Shown here: positions 38,401 through 50,100 of the stretch, piece by piece | Layout of the letters: each line of letters starts with the position of its first letter | How positions within the stretch are numbered: the first letter of the stretch is position 1 | Assembly (NCBI GenBank): GCA_000708835.1 | Contig: DF237154.1 | Location: 62,001 to 126,000, forward strand | Source: Klebsormidium nitens | Taxonomy: Eukaryota; Plantae; Klebsormidiophyceae | Reading direction: 5' to 3' | DNA length: 64,000 nucleotides | Notes under the pieces: generated by a model | The model's input: the letters and a program-made list of their open reading frames with translations, nothing else | What the model was told of the DNA's origin: nothing | Databases searched by the model: none | Made by a program: the position numbers and the translations under genes

Positions 38401-41400
38401 CATCGACTGTCTCCGAGCCGAATGGAAAACTGTGAGACCTGAACTGCCCACCATGCTTTTGCTAGGCATCCCTGGCGAAGCTTTCAGGAAACAACGCGTA
38501 AGACTTTCATCCGAGATGACAACGGACGTTTTCAACATTTTTGTCGCTCTTCATGAAGCGAAAAGCATGTTTCTAAAAGTACTGATCGTGGGCGCGCGCA
38601 CCTGTGTCTTTGACGGAAAACTTGAGGCCGATCTGTTGCCCGTCTCCGGAGATACTATCCAAGATAATGCTCACGAGCACCTCGCCGTGGTCCACGCCAG
38701 GGGCCGGGGTGAACTTGATCGCGTTGCCTGTTCATGAATAAGGTGTTATATCATTGCCTTTTCCCTTCATCCAAGGTCAAACCCGTATGATCGGATTCTA
38801 TTCCCCGACCAGACCTTAGACTGTATTGCATCGGGGCCTCGAAAAAGGGTGTTGTCTGCTTAGACGCATAAGTCATCTTACGTGAGACACCTGTCCGACC
38901 TTCTGGACACTCACAGACAAGACCAAGATCCGAAACAGCCGCCACGTGTCGGCTTAACGACCGGGTCGAATTGACAAACTACTCAAAGGTCTACCGATGA
39001 CATGTCCTAAAACAGCCGCCCCGGGTCGCCCACAAGAACCGGTTGACGAGATAACCCCACTCACCGATCAGGTTGACGAGGATCTGAAAGAGCCGCCCCG
39101 GGTCGCCCATGAGGTTGTCCGGCACGTCTGGCGGCACGTCGACGATGATCTCCACGTTGCGCCGGCACGCGCGCACAGCCAGCACGGTGGTCGCCGCCTC
39201 TAGTTGGTCGCGCAGGCTGAAGCCGACGCGCTCCAGCTCCAGCTTCTCCGCCTCGATCTTGCTGAAGTCAAGGATGTCCTGCGGAACGGCGGAATGGCGG
39301 ACGGAGTGGTTTGGAGTGATAAAACATCTCGAAGTTTTGGTGCTCCTTCAAAGAAAAGTTACAAAACTCGAAGTTCATTCATGCAAGGTGGGGGACGTGT
39401 TGAAGGGTGAAACGGATTTCTGAAACAAGCAGATTGCTGCTATTTTACAACAGTTTCTGAAGGCCTTGTGAAAAAGCTGAACGTCGATGGGGACGTGTGC
39501 TTCTATTACAGATTATTTAGTTCAAGTGGCTTGCATCTCGGAGGATGATGCAAACGAGAGCGAACAAAAAACCAAGGTCTCCTCTCAACAATTTGACGAG
39601 CCAATTACCATTTTTAATGTAATTATCTAATTCTATTGAGCATCTCTAAACCGTCGTTGACCACATCGTTTGGAAAATTGATGCAACCCCAACAGGTGCT
39701 CTTCTGTTGAAGACCAGCGCTGGTCGTAACATGGTAAGCAGGTTGCATTGGCCTTACGTTGATGACGTTGAGAAGGTGCTCCGCGGAGAATTTGACGAGC
39801 TCCAGGTACTCTTGCTGCTCCGCGTCGACGTGGGTCTCCAAACACAGCTCTGAGATGCGAGAGAAACGCCGGCAATCAGGCTGCTGAGCATGCTTTTTGG
39901 AAGTAGCTATCCAGTAACAAGCGTCTTGGAACACGCTCCAAGTAAGAACAGCGCATCTTCTCAGTTTCCAATTCAAAGTTTCTGCCTCCGCCGGCCATGG
40001 CAGGAATCTGGTGAGTCCCCAGTCCCCTATACAATCTGACCCGAAACGACGAAACGCCCGAGGATCAATCCAACATAACAAACATAAAGGCCGCCGGGCA
40101 TTGCCAACGTCATTCGCCTGAGATGATCTGAAGCCTGGCTGCTCTTTTCCAGAGGAGAAGAAGGCTTACCGGTGCAATTGATGATCCCATTTAGAGGTGT
40201 CTGCAAAACAAGAAGAAGTCTGTCAAATCTTTCTCGAGATCTGGGCTTGCGTTTTGAAGACCCTCAGAGGAGGATCTTACTTACCACAAACACGCGCTTG
40301 TGAAATACGGACACATTTGTCAAAGCGGCCGGACCTCTGTCTTCCTCCTTTGAATCTATCCCAAAAGGCCGGGCTTGCGGCCCAGTAGCGGCCCGCTCGC
40401 GCGCGCGCGCGCGCTCACCCGTATTTCGTGGCTCATGTTGGCGAGGAAGTTGGACTTGATCTTGTTCGCGGACACGGCCTCGTCTTTCGCATTCACCAGC
40501 TCCGCCTGCGCGCTCTGCCGCGACTCGATCTCCGCGGCCAGGTCCGCGTTCGCCCACATCAGGTCGCGCGTGCGCTCCTCGATCCTGCGCGGAACGACGC
40601 CGTCGGTCTAACTTAAAAGAAACAACCAAGCTCGGACTTTGGAGCAGAAAGAGAGATAACGGAGAGTTGCTTCAATCTTCTTTGGCCTTCGATGCCTGGA
40701 TGATCAGCATCCAAACCCAAAGAAGCTCTAGTTACTCTTATTTTTCATCACTTCACCTCTAAAGAGAGACTGTGTGGACAGATGCGGAATTATGTCACTC
40801 ACACACGTTGTGCAGATTTGAAAGTGCACGTACTGGAGCTGACCCTCTGCATTTGTTGCAGCTAGTCTGGAAAGATGAGCAATCTACTTAGCCGATGGTC
40901 CCATCAACTCAATGCCAATGCTAACAGCAGGTTTTCTTCTGCAAGATTCAGAGCGCGCGTGTTCTTACCTGGACTCGAGCGTACTGTACAGCTTAGCCAT
41001 TTGCTCCGCCATCTCGTTAAACGTGTTCCTCAGGCCCCCGATCTCGTCGTGCATCTCCCAGCTCGCGCCCTTAGCGCGCGCGGACAGGTCCCCGTCCGCG
41101 AGCGCGCGCGCCACCTTGTCGAGCTTGGTGATGGGCGCCGTGAAAATGCGCGAGAGGAGGTACGACGCGCAGATCCCGAGCGCGAGCACGCAGGGGACCG
41201 TCGCGAGGATGATGGTGCGCATGTGGTGGATCGCGCCGTAGGCCTCGCTCGCGTCGATCTTAGCAACGATGCCTGCGGGAAAAGGGCAATGAAGTCTGAA
41301 TACAAGGGCCGCGCCGGCCGAAACTTGCGACCGGAAGCAATAGACTGTAAGCTCAACCATCTCTGGGTGCTGAAATGCTCATTGCAGCGACCCAATGCGG

Positions 41401-44181
41401 CCTCGAGAACCGCGGTGACTGAACTTTTTGTAAAAAGCCTTTTGCGTCAGGACAGACGTGGGTTTAGTAAAGATCAGAAAAGATGTACTTTCGCGGGAAA
41501 GGTTCCTCACCCCACTCGAGGATCCCAAGCGGCGCATATGCTGCCGCGACGACCTTGCCCCGGTAGTCCTTCTCGTTCTGGAAGCCAGTCTTGTTCAAGA
41601 TAGCCTGCACGAGTCCAAGTTCTCTGTCATCAGTCTGCAAGCCCTCATTCTCGTTTGAGCAGGTTGCCATGAAAAGGCGCGCAGAATTGGCCCACAGCGG
41701 AGCGTTGAAAAGTCTCTTCACAGTGGGTTTTCGATGTTGTAAACCTCCAATCTCGTTTCTGTGTGGCCGCTGATGTCTGCTAGCTTTCCGTTGCCCATTC
41801 CACAATTCCTGGTGCACACAAATCCTTGCATCATCAGTCGAATCCGGAGCACCCGCTTCTGCACCAAGCGTCAACCCCGCAAGCACAGCAATCTTGAAAC
41901 TTGACAACAACGATCATGCGTTGAACTGCTCAAAAGGCGCTGCGGAAATGTAGATCATGTATTCCCGAACGTACTAAACAAACTGCTTTGCCGCGGACTC
42001 GTTTCGCCCTAGCTCGCCCACCTTTTCCAGCGCCCGATCGGACTGCCACGGCTGCACGTGCGGCGCGAGCGGGTCCCGGCTGGGGGGCAGCACGAGGCGC
42101 AGCGCCCCGGTGCCCGGGTCGACCACCCCGAGCAAAACCTCCCCCGTCGACTGCAGCCCCACCCCGTCCAGAACTAGATCGTGGAACTTTTTCGCGTCCA
42201 GCGTCACGTGCACGTACCCGATCACGACGCCGCTCCCGACCGGGAAGATGATGGGCGCGCTGGCGGTCAGGACGAGCCCCCGGGACGAGTTCACCGGGAG
42301 CGAGAACGGGGTGACGTCATCAAGGATGGCGTCAGCGGCAGTGGCGTTGGACGTCCTGAGCAGGGCCGTGCGGTTGGCGTCGTAGATGACGATCGAGCGG
42401 ACGTCCGGGAGGACCGACGCGGCGGTCCGTAAGTCGTTGACGCCCACCTGGGGCGGGGCGAAGCCATGTCGGAGGAAGAAGAAAGACTCCAGCTCCGTAC
42501 AAACCTTATCGGATGGGTTCGATTGGCCCCTGTTTGCAAAAGGCCTTGAAGCTTGCGTTTTGCAGGTAAGCTCCAAACTGAGTGACCAAGACGACGAAGT
42601 GGGAGGCTGGTCCTTCACCCTCGCACTTCCTCCGGTACAACTTGACCTGCAAAGTGGAACAACGGAAAAGCATAGGTCGCGTCTTATCCAAGTATCAGGA
42701 AGCGGTCTGCCCATCGAGGAAGTTGCCCGCGCGTATCGGACGCTGACCTGGACGTCCGAGGAGCCGAGGGTATCCCCCGAGTTGTGCCGCAGGAGCAGCG
42801 CGTTTATAAGCACGCGCGTCGCGATGAGGTTTAGGTTGTCGGCTTCGCTGGCGAAGTAGTGCAGCACCTCCTGCTGACGCAGCGTGACGACCGTCGTCAG
42901 CCGCCGCTCGATCTCGCTGTCAATCACCTTCTGGCTGTTGAGCCTGCGGGAAAAAAGGAACAGCGGTGATCAAATTTCATTCTTTTGGAGAATGAGGGTC
43001 TGCTCCTTAGCGCCAGGAGAAATATCCGCCGACAATGGTGGCTGACGTAGCGGTGTGCTTTTGGGGTATTGCAAATGGAGAATGGAAAATGGGGTAGCTA
43101 GCACAAAAGCTGGGTAAATCACAAAGGGCCCTCGTCTAGGGCCTTTGATTTTAAAAGGGTGAAAGTAAGCAACAACAATAGTGCTTCTCAAGGGGAGGTT
43201 GAGTCCAGCAATAATTATCTTCCCATCACACAAGGAACCCTGCCGGAGTAGGGCGGTGGTATGCTGTTCTCAGGATGGCTTGGTTGCTTGGAACAGTCAC
43301 CCTTCGGAGCGCCTACTAAGTGCCCCTTACAAGCGCCATCCAGCAGCGGCTGAGCTCTGTCGCTTGTCCTCTTTGAAAAGGTATCCATCTCACAGATGAT
43401 TTCTTGGACCCAAGACACGCAACGTGAACCACCAATTCGGAAAGAAGAGCTCGATGTAACTCTCGCGAACCTGACAAAGTTTGAATGAACCCCACCCATC
43501 ACCAATGGACCAGACCTCAAGGAGTGCAAAACATTGGTCCTCATGACACCCGTCGAACAGATGCTCCATAAAGGTCGCACCCGCTGATGGGCGGACGCGC
43601 TTGTGCACTCACCAGAGGACGAGCGCCATGGACCCGGACGAGACCACCACGAGCACCGCGACGAACAGCGTCAGCTGCAGCGCGATCGAGAACGGCACGC
43701 GCTTCTTCCGTTTCGTGCCCAGGTCCAGCGATACCCCCGGCGCGGCCGTCGACATCGCGCCTCCCCGCGTCCAGCTACGCCGAGCCCGGGTCCCGCGCTC
43801 CGACTCGGGTGCGCTCGCGCGCGGGCTGCGCGACTCCTGATGCCAGCTGCCGCGCGCTTGAGGATCATCGGAGGGGTGCTCTTCGTCGCTGGCCGGGGAG
43901 GCGGGTGTCTCGCGGGACAAACGGCTCGGGAAGAGAGCAAGCCGGGGGCGGGGCCGCACGGGGAAGGAGTGCGCTTCCGCGTCGGCACCGGAACGAGCGC
44001 CAGCTGGTTGCGCACTGCTCATTTCCTTCGGAGTTGTAGCTGAGGTCCTCTGACCTCTCCTAAGATTCGGCATCTCCAGCTGTACGTCCGTTTGCATAAC
44101 AAAGGTCTGCCCGCTTTCCAGGTTGACAGACGGCTCCGTGGGACTTCCCGCGGAGTCTGCGGTAGCTTCTTCTAGGGCCAT
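35403..44181 (-). CDS. Membrane hybrid sensor histidine kinase: TM, extracellular Cache-like region, TM, HAMP, HisKA, HATPase, REC, REC
   Basis: Multi-exon gene. TM1 [27 protein letters not shown]; extracellular region ending [23 protein letters not shown] (Cache-like); TM2 [20 protein letters not shown]; [41 protein letters not shown]; H-box [10 protein letters not shown]|TPLNGII; ILDFSKIEA; [21 protein letters not shown]; DTGIGI; [11 protein letters not shown]; REC1 [20 protein letters not shown]; REC2 [36 protein letters not shown]. Stop at 35403; the start (ATG 44181) is uncertain. Confidence 0.92.
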
Positions 44182-45662
44182 CGCGGGCAGTCAGCGGTCC
44201 TCCCCAACTATAGTGTGCAACCCTCGTCCGAGGACATTATCCACACCATCGGCAGGTATGTCCTTGTGGACGTTTGGGGCTTTCGAAAAGCAACTCAATG
44301 TTTTGGTACGGGCCCTGCTTCCCAGTTGTAGATTGGTATTCCTGGGCCTTGGACCTTACGAGTCTCACCCCGCTTTACTCACAAGGGCCGAAGTGCTCTG
44401 CAGGAGGCACAAGAAGACAGGCTTGCCCGTCAACCCGTCTTCAAGCTCTGATTCGATGTCTTTTCGTGAAGATGCGAAGATTGGTTTAAGAGGTGGTGAG
44501 TCTCATTGTCTCAGTTTTGCAAAGGCAGTGCAGCATCCTTTTGGTTTCGCCACAATGACTTCTGGCTTTGCTTTGTCTACGGCCCGGCTATGGAAGGACG
44601 CGCTGAGTCAGCCCAGGTGGCATTCTTCCAAGGTGCCTCCACACAGTGCCAAAGTGGACGATACCCCTGATTCTTAGGAATCAAACAAAAGCAGTGCCCA
44701 TTTATAACGCGTTTGCAGCCCCGAAGTTAAGTCAACATGTTTATGTCTGAGACCGCGCAAGTGGGCAAGTAGCTTGCTCACCTTTACTGAAGGATTGAGT
44801 GTAAGGCAGAGCCTCTGTGCAAAAGCAACTCGGTTTCACACTGATGCCCCCATCCTTACTACGAAGTGGACGTCAGCAAAGACTCAATCTGCCGACTCGT
44901 TCTGCACGCTTGCATATGCGAATGTGTGGCTGCGTCCCATGCCTGTTTAAACCAACCACCGAAAACAGCTTAAACGTCTTTGATCAGTCTAACTGACCAT
45001 TGGCCTGTATGAAGGAGGCTGCTCTGCTCTGCAGGCTGTAGGTTCAGGAACTGTGACGCTTCCTTGGACAGTATTCATGATCGATCCTATGAGGAAGATT
45101 GAGGGCCAGGAAGTCAACCTCGCCTTGCCTGGGAAGTTCTGCGAGGTAATCTTGGAAACCCCTAGACTGCGCCACAACTATATTGAAATGGATATCAGAA
45201 TCTGAGAATCTGATACACTAGACTTTGATTCCCTTCCCAAGCTGATACTAGGTGTTCGCATCACTCTAGTTCGCAAGATCTTAAGCACCCAGATGCGCCA
45301 GGTTAATTCTTTAACTGAAACTGAAGGGGACTATCGCATCATCTGACATGGGCCAGGCTTCCTGGCCACTCATATTGCAGCCTCGTCGTAATCGGAGGAT
45401 TGTCAGATGCAATGATCACTGAGCACGTGTCTTCAAGCTACCTCGATTAGCCCATTGAGCAGCTATCATTGCGTCAGCATGTCGCGAGACCATGGCTTAC
45501 GGTAAAGCTGGCACTGATCCAGCATTGCTCTTGCTGATAAACTGGTAAAGTAGGCAGCTATGCTTTCAACCCGTGGCAACATATGGCCGCGGGGCGCCAC
45601 CGGAAGCAAATCAGTTAGGCAGCGATGCGCGCGCGATTCAGAGGTAACCCGCAACCACTGCG

Positions 45663-46125
45663 GTACGGTACCCCGTTGCTGATGGGCTCTCCTCCGGACC
45701 CTTCGGTTGGCGCCTGCCTGCCGGCCGGCAGCTCTGAACTGTTCAGGCTCAGCTTTCATCGAAATGAACCGCCATTTTGCCCTTAACTTCGATATAAGGT
45801 AGGTACCGGTAACCGCAGTCCGGACCCACCGATGCCGTGACCAGTCCCGAGTTGGTACCAGAGTAACCAGACCTTGGAACCGTACGGTATTAAATAGCGG
45901 AAGTACCTACGGCCGCGGTACCGGGTATCATCACGTGCGATGGTACTTGGTACTCCCAGCACTTACCTACATACCTACCGTAGTATGTACCAACCGGGAG
46001 CGAGGTCGCCACGTGGACCAAGTTTACTGTACCACTTTCTGTGACCCCTTGGCTGCAAAACTGGTACCGTGTGAAGGCCAGTACGGTACCTAGGTACACA
46101 TTAGCCTTAGGTCCACTTAGTGTAC
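45663..46125. promoter_or_regulatory. Dense GTAC/GGTACC motif cluster in the divergent intergenic region between the histidine kinase and RWA genes
   Basis: I count 14 GTAC in 45803-46125 plus 2 at 45663-45671, against roughly 1 per 256 bp expected at random. A regulatory role is only a hypothesis; this could be a simple-repeat or TE remnant. Confidence 0.35.
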
Positions 46126-46640
46126 AGGAGTCTCTGAGTCTGAGGTGGCTAGGTCCAAGGCTCCAAGCTCGCATTTTCCCATTCTCAGGGAAGCATTGTT
46201 GATCTGACCCGCATTCAAGCTGTCTACCTGGCCTGGCCTGGATGAGCTGAGGACGCCGCCTCTCTCTGCTGGCGAGCGCTTGCAGCCCTCTAGTTGGGGC
46301 CAGAATATAGGTAGCTTCAACTCTTTGCATCCCACTGCTGAAGAAAGGAGTCCAATCAGACTGTTCCTGCTTTGGTGAGAGGCCCTTTTAAATGCTCCAA
46401 GAAACTGACTGACCTCTGAAGATGTCAAACGGAGCTGGTTGCTTACAGCGCTGAAGGGCACCTTGACTAGGATGAGAGGGTGATTCAATCAAGAGTCTGT
46501 CAAAACAATCAAAGGCGGGATCTCAGGCGAGGGTGGAAGCATGGCTGCTACAGACATGACAACTTCCCAGGTAATGTGCTCAGTCTTGTAGATCTGTTGG
46601 AAGTCTTCTGTAAGAATGCTCTTTCTTTTGTGTCGCAACC

Positions 46641-46728
46641 TCCCTGTGACTTTTTGGAGCTGATTAGACATGACATACGACATACGAAGGTCCCTGTGAC
46701 TTTTTGGAGCTGATTAGACATGACATAC
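46641..46728. repeat. Exact 38-bp direct duplication, period 50 bp
   Basis: tccctgtgactttttggagctgattagacatgacatac occurs at 46641-46678 and 46691-46728. Confidence 0.95.
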
Positions 46729-47124
46729 AAGAGACGAGACAGACCAAGCGTTTGAGCTTCCATCTTACATGGTGTGCCTGGTGCCTGGTGCAAGCTGCAA
46801 TGTGAATCTTATGCTACAGGTGCCAACCAATGATTGCAGCTTCTGAATCACAAGCTGCCAGAACCTTTCCAACATGGCTGATCATGCTTCGCTGCCTCCT
46901 TTTGTTTCTTGAGATCCTAGGGTTTGTGTTGAGGCAATTAATATCTTTGATGCACCGAGAGCTCTAGGAGTCTCAGCATTGCTATCTTGCTTGATTGCCA
47001 TGCTTGGTATGCCCTCCATCAGCCCAATCATAGTGTCTCACCATTGCCCGTTCACAAATATAAACCCAGCATTCACTCACAATAGTCAACCAATCATGTA
47101 ACACAATGTGCTCAATCCGTGCAG

Positions 47125-50100
47125 CTTGCTTTCCTTACGGGCCTGCTGTATGCCACCATAGCCTGGGTGTATGCAGAGTGGTTGGAATGGAAAGGGGACG
47201 GCAAGCGGGAGGTTAAAGCGGACGAGGAGTAAGCGATCCGCACCGTGTGTGACCCTTAAACTGTGGTTTCATGTGCTGGTTTCACCTCAGAACAGCAGGA
47301 TGCAGCTTGCGAATCACTTCCCATCTGTCGAGCTTGCATCGGAGCTAATGTACTTGAAAGCTGATAGCAGCCATGTTTTTATTGCTTTCTGCAACAACCA
47401 CTGATGGGATGCAGCTCGAAAAGGCTTTCTCTGCATCTGTTTCCCCGGGCTACGGGTCATCCTTCTTGCCGTTCTTCCTAGATTTCTCACTTCTCACGTC
47501 ACTTGAACACCCAGTTTGAAGAGCCCTGAGTTGTGGCATTGCTTTCTGAGTCTAAATGTGTCCCCTGAGAGCCTTCTTCATGTACGATCACAGGAGCTTA
47601 CCGCTACACACGACCAAGTCGCATGGGGGGGAGCATGACAGCTTGGTGAGCAAGGATGTGGTGCCGGCGTCCGCAGTAGAGATGGGCGCCACCGGACACT
47701 TGTACAGGTGGGGCATTCGAACCTAGCTGCATGGCGATGGGAATGACGGATGTGCTGAGGGAAGATGCTGCTTGCGCTGATTGTTTGCCCGGCAATGAGC
47801 TGAAGAGAGGGCGTGCTGTCGCCCACTCTTGGCATGTTGCTTGATAGGTGCTTGTATCCATCTCTGCAAGGAAACAGCGATGTGCATCTGATCAGATGAC
47901 AAAGGGGGAGAATCAAGTTTAAGCACACATCAGCTACAGAAGGCTCCCTTCCACTGGTGCACAGCCTTCCAGAGTGCCGCACAGAAGAGGGGGAGCCGGT
48001 ACTGTCTTGTCGCGGAGTTCGCACTTCCATCTCTACTCATTCTGTGCCTTTGACGTGGTTACAGAGAGTACAGGGAGACAGCTTGAATCCTCATGAGAGA
48101 CGCTGCACACCACGGTATGCATTAATGCCCGCGACATTCCATTGCGCATGCAGATTTGCTACTCTCGATGGGGCATACCTGCTGGAGCATCGGCTCACTC
48201 TGCGCGCCATGTGAGTACTCCGCTTATAACGCTGTCCATTTGTCGTCCTTCTCGAACTATCTCAACCTTAATGACAACCTTATTGACCTTCGTTCGATTA
48301 CGAATACCTGACCACCATACGCAGGTGCTGAAACCTTGAAATTGCCCCCTGTTATTACTGTATGACGCGAGACTCTCAGCGGGAAGCGACGTGCTGATGC
48401 CCATCCTTGTACCTGCAGTGTCGAGTTTGGTGGTCTGCTTGTCTACATGATGCTGTGCGACCGAACGAGCCTCTTCCCTGAAGCACAGCGGGTGAGACCC
48501 CTGCAGAATCATAACGCTTACACATCCCCTCGCTGATCTGCATCAGTTCGGACCAGGTCGTACATTTCACTTTATTGCATTCCGTGTCTTGTAATGACTT
48601 GCAAAACCTGCGGCCTTTGCCCACGGTGAGTGGGGGCAGGTAACATGGTGTTGATCAGGCAGAAGCACACTGCTGGGAAGAGCAGCGGAAATGCAGGACG
48701 ATAGCGGACTTCTCCTGTGGGGTCACATGCTCCAAGGCCTTTGATCCATTGCACCCTTGAATGCACGAGCAGTCAGTGAGTAGTTGGAACTTCTTCGAAC
48801 CCCTTGTCATTTGAAACGCAAGAACCTCAAAAGGCATCCCTTTTGGTCTTTCCTCTGACGCTGCTGCGCGGGTGCCCAGTCGTACAGCCGGGACCTGTTC
48901 ATGTTCATCTACCTACTCCTCTGCCTGGCGGCGGCCTTCACGTCCCTCAAGAAGCACGCGGGCAGCAGCCCCAGCGTGGACTACTTGAACCGCCACCAGA
49001 CCGAGGAGTGGAAGGGCTGGATGCAGGTGGGCCGTTCTTAGTCTTGACAGATGCCAGATTATGTCGACCAGGGAAGGATCGAATAGCGCATGTGTATGCT
49101 GCAGGGGCAGCGAAACTGGGGGATCCCTGGTGTCTTGGCCTTCGATTTCTGGTGGGGTTGGTTGGGTTACCAAGCTGTAGACATTCCAACAGCTGTTCAC
49201 TGAGTCAAAAGAGGAGGAGACACGCATGTCCGAGTTTCAGATCAGTGCCCACAGGGGCTGCCGTTCTTAGATCAGCGGGTCCACTGATTGACTGGAATGA
49301 TTGCCATCAACGGTCGAGGCAGCTTGGGATGATACAATGAGGCAGGTGCAGATGGAAAGGTGGAAGTTGAAGACCTTCTTCCTCGGCCCTTTGTCATCAA
49401 GCACACGTTCTGCAATAACTGGCGACCTTAAGTCATGGATGGAAGCATCACCGACATCTGTGAAAGATACCACGGCGTGAAGCGAGCCAACTCTTGTCGC
49501 TGAGGAGGTAATTCCGAACAGCGATTCAGTACCGCATCTCACTCCTCCAAAGGTCTACTTTCAGTTGAACCCTTGCGCCTCCCTCACTTTGTCGTGCAGA
49601 TCTTGTTTCTGCTTTACCACTACTTCGTGGCCAAGGAGATGTACAACGCGATCCGCGTGTTCATCGCGGCGTATGTCTGGATGACCGGCTTTGGCAACTT
49701 TTCGTACTACTACGTGCGCAAGGACTTCAGCATCGGCCGCTTCTGCCAGGTCAGTCAGCATCTGATTGCAGCATATGAGGCAAAGGACACGGTTGTCCAA
49801 ATCTAATCACTCGAACGGTTGTTGCCTCCGTTGATATCCTGTTAGACAGCCCCAGCCAACAAACAAAACGAGACTGACAGCTGCCTCGTTTCAGTTCGGG
49901 GCATCAACAGCTTGTGTACGAACGCGAATATGCTCACTCATGTGGCTCGGTAAGTCGAGCGGTAGCCGTTGCAGCAACCGTAGTTGTAACTCTTTGGGGA
50001 TAAGGTGGTGAAGTCAGGCCAGAAAAAAGATGGAGAAAGCAGAACGGTACTATGGCTGGCTTGTGCATAGCCAGTCGGACAGAGGAGGACAGGAGCTCCT

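Noticed and set aside
40875-41603. 242-aa plus-strand ORF and similar ORFs at 42386-42859 and 43587-44043
   Set aside because: They are antisense shadows of histidine kinase exons.
46641-46728. Direct repeat with spacer as a CRISPR array
   Set aside because: Only two copies, a 12-bp spacer, no cas genes and a eukaryotic context.
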